From the NCBI GenBank assembly GCA_038844785.1, contig JAWBRA010000029.1, positions 1-18,935 on the forward strand: DNA of 18,935 bases, written 5' to 3'. Source of the stretch: Candidatus Caldarchaeum sp. (GTDB taxonomy: Archaea; Thermoproteota; Nitrososphaeria_A; Caldarchaeales; Caldarchaeaceae). The translations under genes were made by a program, and so were the position numbers. The notes below the pieces were generated by a model that made no database searches, was not told the DNA's origin, and saw nothing but the letters and a program-made list of their open reading frames with translations. This document shows, piece by piece, positions 1 through 6,627 of this stretch. Position 1 is the first letter of the stretch. Each line of letters begins with the position of its first letter.

Positions 1-225
1 CAGAACTTTGACACCACGCCTGAGAACCTCTATGAATTCATCTGTGAGCTCTACGGGAATTGTGTCCACGTAGAGCTCGTCGCCCTGCTCTGCTGGAATC
101 TCTGAAACCCTCGAAACCCTGTAGAAGCCTTCTCCGTCATTGGAATATACATGATGTTGTTCATCGTTCTTCCTACTGCGGTTCTTGTTCGCCAGCCTGT
201 GAACATCGGCGTAGAACCTTCTTAC
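1..225 (-). CDS. N-terminal part of a divergent IS110-like (DEDD/RuvC-fold) transposase/recombinase, truncated by the window edge; start codon uncertain
   Basis: Not in the ORF track. Manual minus-strand translation is open to position 1: VRRFYADVHRLANKNRSRKNDEQHHVYSNDGEGFYRVSRVSEIPAEQGDELYVDTIPVELTDEFIEVLRRGVKVL. FYADVH resembles the IS110 GIDV strand, and LYVDT...L..GV.V resembles the second acidic strand and helix. GGAGG precedes a GTA codon at 225-223 (possibly a mutated GTG). The nearest in-frame ATG is at 360-358. Confidence 0.55.
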
Positions 226-231
226 TTCCCT

Positions 232-260
232 CCCGAGAGGTTTATAAGCCTCTTTTCGGG
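232..260 (+). promoter_or_regulatory. Archaeal BRE/TATA promoter (CCGAGAGG-TTTATAAG) inside an imperfect inverted repeat; possibly bidirectional
   Basis: TTTATAAG at 241-248 with a purine-rich BRE upstream. Flanks CCCGA-GAGG and CCTC-TTT-TCGGG are complementary. The expected start site (~271) coincides with the start of the structured region. Confidence 0.55.
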
Positions 261-270
261 GACAATTCTC

Positions 271-810
271 CGTCGGTCGTGTCCACCCCTCCCCTCCGCA
301 CGCCCGGCCTTGTCGGCTCGGGGCGGCGTCCCAACCCCGAACCGCTCCCCGCCACGTCATATGACTGAGGCCCGGGAGCGGGCCCTCCCTTATCCCTGGG
401 AGCAGGTCCTACAACCATGTCTCCTGACATGGCTCTCCCGGGAGGCCTAGGCCGCCGGAGAACCATTCTCCAGCGGAAGGCCCTCCCATCGGGGAAAATG
501 TTGAAGGGGTGTTTGGGATGGATGTGGAGGACGTCGTCAAGCATCGTCGTCTGTCTCCCTACCCCACATCTGTCGGTCCGAGCGAACCGTCCCAAGGCTA
601 GGCTCCAGCCAAACCTTCCCCCGCCACCCCACAGCATTTAGGAAGGGGTGGCCGCCTTCTACGGCGGTGTGGGTGAGGGTTTGTGCCTGTGTTTCGCGGA
701 TGTTTTCCCATGCGTGGTCGCGGGACGACCTATTCATCCAACCCCCTCCCCGCCTAGAGGGGATGGCCTCAGGGCTTCAACCCATCACGGGACCATCGTC
801 CCGGTCATTA
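271..810 (+). ncRNA. Candidate large structured non-coding RNA next to the IS110-like gene
   Basis: GC-rich (46/60 in 301-360) with no credible protein. Stems include CTCCGCA 294-300/TGTGGAG 523-529, CGTCCCAA 327-334/TTGGGATG 513-520, GGCCCG 369-374/CGGGCC 379-384, CCATGTC 415-421/GACATGG 426-432, 452-462/466-476, AAACCTTC 611-618/GAGGGTTT 675-682 and CGGGAC 788-793/GTCCCG 798-803. Most wobble pairs read as G-U on the plus strand, but the strand is not certain. Confidence 0.5.
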
Positions 811-858
811 CATGTTTGTTCAACTCACATGGATTTAAGCAGATAGGTGGCGTTGGGT

Positions 859-875
859 GGCTCTGTTAACTTAAG
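859..875. repeat. IS6 terminal inverted repeat
   Basis: GGCTCTGTTAACTTAAG, exact reverse complement of 1509-1525. Confidence 0.9.
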
Positions 876-1478
876 CCATCTCCATCACCCCTTTTATGCT
901 GTTCATCAGGTGTAGCGTCTCTGGCTGGTTGAATATGTGGAATAGGTTCAGCCATCTCCATACATGCCCTAGAATGCATGCTTTCTTCCTGCATAGGAAA
1001 TGGTTCTATCCTTGAGCATCTGTACAGCCCTCTCCATGGCTTGGAACAGCCAATCCCCAAACCTGTACCTACGATGCTCAAGACCAAGCCTAGCGCATGC
1101 CTCAGGATACCAAGGCGCTCCATCTGTCCAGACTGGATGCTTACCGTAAGCCATGACAAGGCTCCGTAGGAACATCTCAGCCTGTATGCCGTTCATAGCT
1201 AGAATCCAAGGGTTCTTTTGCTGAAAGGCTCGTAGGCAACCCACACCCATGCCATAAGCCCTTTAACCATGACAGCAGCCTCATCCACAAGGAATAGGGG
1301 TACACTACATCTAGCCCTGAAGAACTTTCTGAACCCTGGGAGCCTCTGAACCCACTCCCAGACAGCCACATGACTCCTGCCGACGAAAGGCTTAAGCGCA
1401 TCTAAAGCTCAGGCCTAGGGATACGAGGTAAAGCCCGTAGAGGACAGCAGGTAAAGCCGTCCTCCAACCAACAAACAT
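871..1478 (-). pseudogene. IS6-family DDE transposase pseudogene
   Basis: Fragments in different frames: MFVGWRTALPAVLYGLYLVSLGLSFR, RSHVAVWEWVQR, FLVDEAAVMVKGLMAWVWVAYEP, VWTDGAPWYPEAC, MERAVQMLKDRT. Several frameshifts and stops. Confidence 0.85.
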
Positions 1479-1508
1479 AACAAAACAACCACAGCCCTAG
1501 GCAAAGAC

Positions 1509-1525
1509 CTTAAGTTAACAGAGCC
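1509..1525. repeat. IS6 terminal inverted repeat
   Basis: CTTAAGTTAACAGAGCC, exact reverse complement of 859-875. Confidence 0.9.
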
Positions 1526-1589
1526 GAAAAATGGGTACTGCTATGTTGTTCGTTGCTGGTTTATGCCTTAGAGAGGGAGAGTGTTGGGT

Positions 1590-1950
1590 CCATAGGATGA
1601 GGCTGTTGAGAAGGTATTCGGCTGCAGGGTCTACCTATGGTCTGCTGTAGACGTGGATGCAGGGGAGATAATAGCTGTGTATTCTTCTAGGGGTAGGTCT
1701 ATCCTAAACGCGCCAACATTCCTAGGAATGTTCTGGAAACATGCGATGGCAAGCCAGTAATAGTGGTGACAGGGGTCCATGGTATCAATGGGCTTTGAAC
1801 AGGCTTGGAATAGAATACCTCCATGAAACGTTTGGGGAGGGCCTACAACAACAAAAAGACGGTCAAGAGTATCGAGGAGATAGCCACAGCCATAGCCCTA
1901 ACACACAACATACGCATAGAAACCAGGATGGAAGGAGGAGTATTACCATG
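1590..1950 (+). pseudogene. Second IS6-family transposase remnant, different subtype, internally deleted
   Basis: Frame-broken fragments DEAVEKVFGCRVYLWSAVDVDAGEIIAVYSSRGRS, DRGPWYQWALNRLGIEYLHETFGE and KTVKSIEEIATAIALTHN match IS6 DDE motifs. The third catalytic segment appears missing and no inverted repeats were found. Confidence 0.75.
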
Positions 1951-1975
1951 AAATTTTGCTGGTATGCTTTACATG

Positions 1976-2701
1976 CGTGACGCTCCGTGACGCAAATATA
2001 CCGCGGTTTACAAAACTGTATTCCGGGAAAGGGTTTGAACAAACATATTCCCAACGGCGAAACTTTCGCAGAAATATTCCGTAAAATGGCGGAAGACAAG
2101 CTTTTCCAAGAACTGGTAAAAAGGTCAAGCCTAACCATGAAGCAGGCGGAAACCCTTTTCTTCGACGTGATGTCACACCGTGACGGCTTGATGTTAACTG
2201 CAGAACAGCGTGCCGCGCTACGCGGCGTCACGAAAGGCTCATTCATAAGGACAAAGCAACAAGCGTTGCGCAATATCTCAAAAGCTCTCTTCACCCTCAT
2301 ACTTTTAAGCTATCTCGGTCTTGTCAAACTCCCCGAATACCGGTGGTTTTTCAGGTTGAGCGAAGCTTTTGAGGAGCGGGACTGGGAGGCTGTCAAGGAG
2401 TTTCTCATCTCGCTGGAGGGTTGAGGAGTGGTTTGGAGGCTTTAACAGCCGTCTTCGCCCTTCTTTTCCTGACCCAGACAGCCATTTTCATCTATCTTTA
2501 CAGAAGAGCTGTGACAAACCGTGATGTCACGGTAAAAAGAGAAAATCACACCACATCACAGCAACCAACTCAAAATCCTCAGCCCACATCATACCCAGCG
2601 ACACCCGAGAAAACAAAGGAGCTGCCGACATTAAACGAGTCGGCTTTGGCTGCTCTGAGGCTCATTAGGGAAAGGGGGAGCGTGATATCAAGTGATGTCA
2701 G
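1976..2701. repeat. Dispersed cluster of GTGA(nn)TCAC / CGTGACG motifs, often in 10-bp phase
   Basis: CGTGACGC at 1976 and 1986; GTGATGTCAC 2167-2176; CGTGACG 2179; CGTCACG 2226; GTGAC 2511; ACCGTGA-TG-TCACGGT 2518-2533; ATCACA 2545 and 2555; GTGATATCAA 2682 and GTGATGTCAG 2692. Confidence 0.7.
2035..2424 (+). CDS. Archaeal hypothetical protein, probable HTH-like DNA-binding protein
   Basis: ORF 1987..2424; likely start is TTG 2035 or ATG 2086. Contains SSLTMKQAETL and a helix-turn-helix-like LTAEQRAALRGVTKGSFIRTKQQA, then hydrophobic LFTLILLSYLGLV. The stop overlaps the next start (TTGA). Confidence 0.75.
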   Translation: MNKHIPNGETFAEIFRKMAEDKLFQELVKRSSLTMKQAETLFFDVMSHRDGLMLTAEQRAALRGVTKGSFIRTKQQALRNISKALFTLILLSYLGLVKLPEYRWFFRLSEAFEERDWEAVKEFLISLEG

Positions 2702-2906
2702 CCGAAGCCTGAACCTCAGCAGGGAACATACAGCCCGCCTCATGAAAAACCTCTACGAAATGGGGCTGGCGACCCGATCCGGCAAGCCTTATAAATACAG
2801 CTTAACCGAAAATGGATTATCGATAATTGCTTTAAACGAAACCAAAAACCACGATTCGCCAATGCTTATTAATCATAAGAGCCGATCAAAGTCCTGTCTC
2901 GAATAA
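2421..2906 (+). CDS. Membrane-anchored winged-helix (MarR-like) DNA-binding protein
   Basis: N-terminal transmembrane helix (ALTAVFALLFLTQTAIFIYLYRR), a Q/P/T-rich linker and a C-terminal wHTH (SSDVSRSLNLSREHTARLMKNLYEMGLATRSGKPYKYSLTENG). Confidence 0.85.
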   Translation: MRSGLEALTAVFALLFLTQTAIFIYLYRRAVTNRDVTVKRENHTTSQQPTQNPQPTSYPATPEKTKELPTLNESALAALRLIRERGSVISSDVSRSLNLSREHTARLMKNLYEMGLATRSGKPYKYSLTENGLSIIALNETKNHDSPMLINHKSRSKSCLE

Positions 2907-3193
2907 AGAATGGCTTCTTCCAACTTTTCGGGAGTGGGATTAACACTATAGCCCTTGAGCGTGTAGACAATCAGCCTCTCCCTAGAGTCTGCGAATTTCG
3001 TTAAATCATTTTTTAAACGCTGTTTATCTAAGGGAAGCTCCTGCATTTCTTCAGCGGTGACGGACGATGAGTCGGACCTTCTGATTATATACAGATACAT
3101 TTTGGCAACAAAAAACGTCAGCAGCATCAGGTCCTCGCGCTCAGGAATATTAAACAACAAATATACATCACCTTTAATTGAAACACGAAACAA
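2873..3193 (-). CDS. Hypothetical wHTH-like protein, probably 5'-frameshifted (may extend to ~3277)
   Basis: 106-aa ORF resembling the adjacent pseudogene product (FRVSIKGDVYL...LMLLTFFVAK...VTAEEM). An upstream frame LVIDSQTLRKIYTKYEKII joins it across an A6 run near 3200. Confidence 0.55.
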   Translation of the reverse strand: MFRVSIKGDVYLLFNIPEREDLMLLTFFVAKMYLYIIRRSDSSSVTAEEMQELPLDKQRLKNDLTKFADSRERLIVYTLKGYSVNPTPEKLEEAILYSRQDFDRLL

Positions 3194-3278
3194 TTATTTT
3201 TCATACTTTGTGTAGATTTTTCTGAGTGTCTGGCTGTCTATAACTAGTGTTTGATGTCTGGAGCGTTTGTGCTGCAAC

Positions 3279-3689
3279 TTAACTATAGGTCTCTTTCAGT
3301 GTTTCGAGCCTCTTAGACAGCCTGTTCATCAGACTCTTGATGCCACTTACCGTGATTTCATACACGCCTCTTTCCTTGCGAATTATCTCGCCACGGACGG
3401 CACTTTCCGCGAGGCGTGCTGCTGCAACTTTCTTCGGCAGGTTTGTTTCGGTCACTATTTCTTCAAATCCTACCTCGGCTGTGGGTGTGAGACCTGCAAT
3501 GTTCACCAGCTTTTTCCGTCAGGTAGAGAAGCAGCAGGTCAGTTGAGGTGGCATTAGCTCTGTCGCGCAGACAAAAACTTTTCCATGCTCTGTAATTCGG
3601 AGAAATTCCTTGAAAAACTTCACATCTTCGGGTGTTATTTCCTCTTTTACGACAAGCTCCTTCTTTATCAGTTCTTTGAGCTCATCCAT
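3279..3689 (-). pseudogene. Frameshifted winged-helix protein
   Basis: ATG 3689 gives MDELKELIKKELVVKEEITPEDVKFFKEFLRITEHGKVFV, with an in-frame TGA at 3521-3519. A shifted frame supplies DRANATSTDLLLLYLT, then the original frame resumes KKLVNIAGL...NLPKKVAAARLAE...RGVYEIT (wHTH). This suggests two compensating indels. Confidence 0.65.
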
Positions 3690-3781
3690 CCTAACCTTTT
3701 ACAACCTTTGGTGATTATAAACGTTAGGAGCACAGTTGGGTTCTGGTATGCGGGTTTGTTAATAAGTTGGTTATATAGTGG

Positions 3782-3789
3782 TTTATATT
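3782..3789 (+). promoter_or_regulatory. TATA box of the permease gene (likely leaderless mRNA)
   Basis: TTTATATT begins 32 nt upstream of ATG 3814. Confidence 0.5.
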
Positions 3790-3813
3790 TTGGGTTCTGC
3801 GACGGCTAAGTAT

Positions 3814-5112
3814 ATGAAGATTAGGCTTCCGCCTGAATGGGGTCCTGAGCCTGTTCCGAAGGAGGCGCGTCAGCTCAGGTTCTTCGACTACTTCGTTCTT
3901 TGGTCGAGCTTAGGTGTTGGCTTACTGGTCATGGTTGCAGGTTCTTTCCTTTCCTCGCTCAGCTTGGTTGAGGTTTTGGCTGTGGCTGTCGCGGGCTCTG
4001 TCATCGGCAGCCTGATGCTTGCTATCGCTGGCGCCGTTGGCAGTAGGTATGGTGTTCCAACCATGGTAAGCTTGAGGCCTGTTCTCGGGTTGAGGGGTAG
4101 CTACGTCCCGACGGCGCTCAACATCGTGCAGCTGGCTGGCTGGACTGGGTTCGAGGTGATGATCATGGCTCAGGCTGCCTCCGTTTTGACTGGCTGGCTT
4201 TTCGGCAGCCTCAGCTTCCCCATCTGGGTTATTGTGTTCAGCTTATGGTGTCTGCTTCTGGCTTTGGGAGGGCCTCTCATCGTCGTCAGGAAATGGCTTG
4301 AAAGAATTGCGATATGGCTTGTCTACGCATCATCCATCTGGATAACATACATGGTGGTCAGCTCCCCCGGCTTCGGTAAATGGTTCACAGCCAGCAGCCC
4401 CGAAGCAATCCCCCTACTCCTGGCTCTCGACCTCGTCGTCGCCATGCCTATATCGTGGTGGCCTCTTGTCTCGGACTACAACAGGTTCTCCGTCAAACAG
4501 TCGGGAAGCTTCCTCGGAACGCTAAGCGGATACACAGTGGCCAACACATGGTTCTACTTCCTCGGAGCAGCTCTCGTAGCGGTGCTGGGGATAAACGACA
4601 TAATATCTGCGATAGGAGCTCTCTTCCTCGGAAACGCAGCCCTGCTGCTCATATTGGTCGACGAGACGGACAACGGCTTCGCAGACATCTACTCATCAGC
4701 GGTCTCCTTCCAGAACATCTTCACCAAGACGCCGCAGTGGTTTTTCGCCGCTTTCACAGCTGCGGCAGGAGCTGTTCTCGCCTTAGCCGTCCCACTTATG
4801 CAGTATGAATGGTTCCTATTGTTGATAGGGTCGCTGTTCGTCCCGCTTCTCGGAGTCGTGGCTTCCGAGTTTTTCATAAACAGGAGAGCCGACCCGCCGT
4901 CGGTTGACGAGTTTTACCAGCCAGGCGGCTTTAAACCCGGAAGCTTCATAGCCTGGGCCGCGGGAATCGCCGTCTACGTAGCCATAGTCCAGCTGGCTCC
5001 AAACATCGGAGCATCCATCCCATCCTTCCTCGTCTCCGTCGCCGTATCAGCCGCCGCCCACCAAATAGCCAAGCGTGTTATAAAGCCAGCTACAGAGAAA
5101 ATAGCCAAATGA
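3814..5112 (+). CDS. NCS1 family purine/cytosine permease, CytX-like (putative hydroxymethylpyrimidine transporter)
   Basis: About 12 transmembrane segments; motifs GVPTMVSLRPVLGLRGS, NIVQLAGWTGFE, MPISWWPLVSDYNRF and NGFADIYSSAVS. Start set at MKIRLPPEWG (3814) using the TATA position. Confidence 0.9.
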   Translation: MKIRLPPEWGPEPVPKEARQLRFFDYFVLWSSLGVGLLVMVAGSFLSSLSLVEVLAVAVAGSVIGSLMLAIAGAVGSRYGVPTMVSLRPVLGLRGSYVPTALNIVQLAGWTGFEVMIMAQAASVLTGWLFGSLSFPIWVIVFSLWCLLLALGGPLIVVRKWLERIAIWLVYASSIWITYMVVSSPGFGKWFTASSPEAIPLLLALDLVVAMPISWWPLVSDYNRFSVKQSGSFLGTLSGYTVANTWFYFLGAALVAVLGINDIISAIGALFLGNAALLLILVDETDNGFADIYSSAVSFQNIFTKTPQWFFAAFTAAAGAVLALAVPLMQYEWFLLLIGSLFVPLLGVVASEFFINRRADPPSVDEFYQPGGFKPGSFIAWAAGIAVYVAIVQLAPNIGASIPSFLVSVAVSAAAHQIAKRVIKPATEKIAK

Positions 5113-5262
5113 AACGGCCTGTTTTATAGCGGTGGTTGATGGGCTGAACCACGCAGGTGATAGGCTGAGAGGGTTAAAGACGCTTTTCGCCGCCAAAGCT
5201 TAGACTAGACCCCTCATGTTTTTCTTCGCTTTCTGGGATTGTATCGGTTTAGGAAGTGTTAA

Positions 5263-5297
5263 GTATCAGGGGTGATACGTTGTATCGGGGGTGATAC
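5263..5297. promoter_or_regulatory. Tandem palindromic operator-like sites overlapping the ATPase start
   Basis: GTATCA-GGGG-TGATAC (5263-5278) and GTATCG-GGGG-TGATAC (5282-5297), plus a half-site GTATC at 5241. Confidence 0.65.
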
Positions 5298-6400
5298 TTC
5301 TGCTCTTCGACCCGAGACCCAAAGAGCGGATAGAGGAGCTTTTCGGCAGGGAGGAGGAGGTTAAACTGCTTACGAAGGCGATAGCTACCCCGGTAACGCT
5401 GCTTTTAGGTGTTAGAAGGGTTGGGAAGACATCGCTTTTAAAATCCTTCCTCAACAGCCTAGAAATCCCCTACATATATCTTGACTTGAGGATCTTAGAG
5501 GACTCCGGATACAGCAGGGCGCAGCTGTATCGCTTGCTTTCAGACGCCGTTTCAAACTGCACATCCAAATGGAAGAAAATGCTTGAGTGCTTCAGAGGCG
5601 TAAAAGGTGTCAGCATCTCAGGCTTCAGCGTGGAGTTCGACTGGCGAGAGCAAGCTCTCACCATAACAACCCTCCTGAACAGACTGAACGACTACGCGCT
5701 GAACAGGACGGACAGAGGTTTCATCGTAGCTTCGTTCGACGAGGCACAGCTTCTCAGGTTTCTGGCAGGCGGTAAAGGGAGAATGGATTTTAGAAGCATA
5801 ATGGCTTACGCCTACGACAACCTGAGAGGCCTGAGGTTTATACTTACAGGGTCTGAAGTTGGACTGTTGCTGCATTTTCTAGGACTTGATGACGCTTCAA
5901 GCCCGCTGTATGGGAGATACACCAGCATCGTAAGGGTTGAAAGGTTCTCTAAAGACAGGTCGATAGAGTTCCTGAGCGGCGGCTTCAGAGAAGTTAATAT
6001 GAATGTGAGCGATGACATACTGGAGGCTATCGTGGAGAAGGTTGACGGCATCCCTGGCTGGCTAACCTACTTCGGCTACATGTGTCTCGAATCTGGCGGC
6101 GTATCGAAAGAAGCCATTAAAGCGGTGACGGAAAAGGCGTTAGGGCTTGTTGAAAAGGAACTTGAAAAACTGTTTAAAAGGTCAGTCCTGTACAAGCATG
6201 TGCTCAAAGCCATCTCGATTGGTGAAACATCATGGAGCGGCGTCAAAAGGGCTGTTGAAGCATGGATTGGGAGGAGGCTCACGAACGCGGAGATAACCAG
6301 ATCCCTCAACAATCTGATAAACCTAAGCATTCTGGAAAGAACGGGAGATGAATACAGAATAGCCGACCCGCTAGTAGCTGAATACTGCAGAAAATTCTGA
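5291..6400 (+). CDS. Archaeal AAA+ ATPase (ATPase_2 type) with C-terminal winged helix
   Basis: LFDPRPK...LFGREEE N-terminus, Walker A GVRRVGKT, Walker B SFDEAQ, ILTGSEVG, SPLYGR, DGIPGWL and C-terminal YRIADP. Confidence 0.92.
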   Translation: MILLLFDPRPKERIEELFGREEEVKLLTKAIATPVTLLLGVRRVGKTSLLKSFLNSLEIPYIYLDLRILEDSGYSRAQLYRLLSDAVSNCTSKWKKMLECFRGVKGVSISGFSVEFDWREQALTITTLLNRLNDYALNRTDRGFIVASFDEAQLLRFLAGGKGRMDFRSIMAYAYDNLRGLRFILTGSEVGLLLHFLGLDDASSPLYGRYTSIVRVERFSKDRSIEFLSGGFREVNMNVSDDILEAIVEKVDGIPGWLTYFGYMCLESGGVSKEAIKAVTEKALGLVEKELEKLFKRSVLYKHVLKAISIGETSWSGVKRAVEAWIGRRLTNAEITRSLNNLINLSILERTGDEYRIADPLVAEYCRKF

Positions 6401-6627
6401 CGACCTTGATGTGGAAGTGCTGGCTACATGCGGAGCGGTTTTCAGGCATGTTTTCCACCGTCAACTGTAAAGACATCATGCTGAATGCTTCGCTCCAAGC
6501 AGAACATTAACATTTACATCCATCAAAGGCTTAAAAGCCGTAAAACGGCTCAGAGAGGACCGTTTTGAAGAATGCGGTAAGAGCCTGCTTGCAGATATAA
6601 ATCTAAGGGTATTAGCTTACGCTAGAC

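Larger units (their letters stand above)
859..1525 (-). mobile_element. IS6-family insertion sequence, decayed (667 bp)
   Basis: Perfect 17-bp terminal inverted repeats GGCTCTGTTAACTTAAG (859-875) and CTTAAGTTAACAGAGCC (1509-1525), with GG-type IS6 ends, enclosing DDE transposase fragments. No target duplication seen. Confidence 0.9.

Noticed and set aside
300-540. SRP (7S) RNA or RNase P RNA as the identity of the structured region
   Set aside because: GGCGTCCCAACCCCGAACCG loosely recalls the SRP Alu domain, but the helix-8 motif (CAGG-CCCGGAAGGG-AGCA) and the RNase P GAGGAAAGUCC motif are absent on both strands.
271-810. CRISPR or TIGR-type array
   Set aside because: No short-period repeat-spacer structure; only two degenerate long units.
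60-869. Six short overlapping ORFs in the track (60..368, 151..450, 242..637, 417..641, 537..737, 648..869)
   Set aside because: Pro/Arg/Gly-rich products with no motifs, as expected by chance in GC-rich structured sequence or antisense to the IS110-like frame.
3690-5220. TPP riboswitch flanking the CytX-like permease (GGCTGAGA at 5163-5170, ACCC at 5208-5211)
   Set aside because: The CTGAT/TAAT/GCG.AGG half of the aptamer is missing and the match lies downstream of the gene. Nothing similar is present upstream.
6401-6600. Intergenic stretch with the hairpin AGCCGT-AAA-ACGGCT
   Set aside because: A single short hairpin; no feature can be supported.
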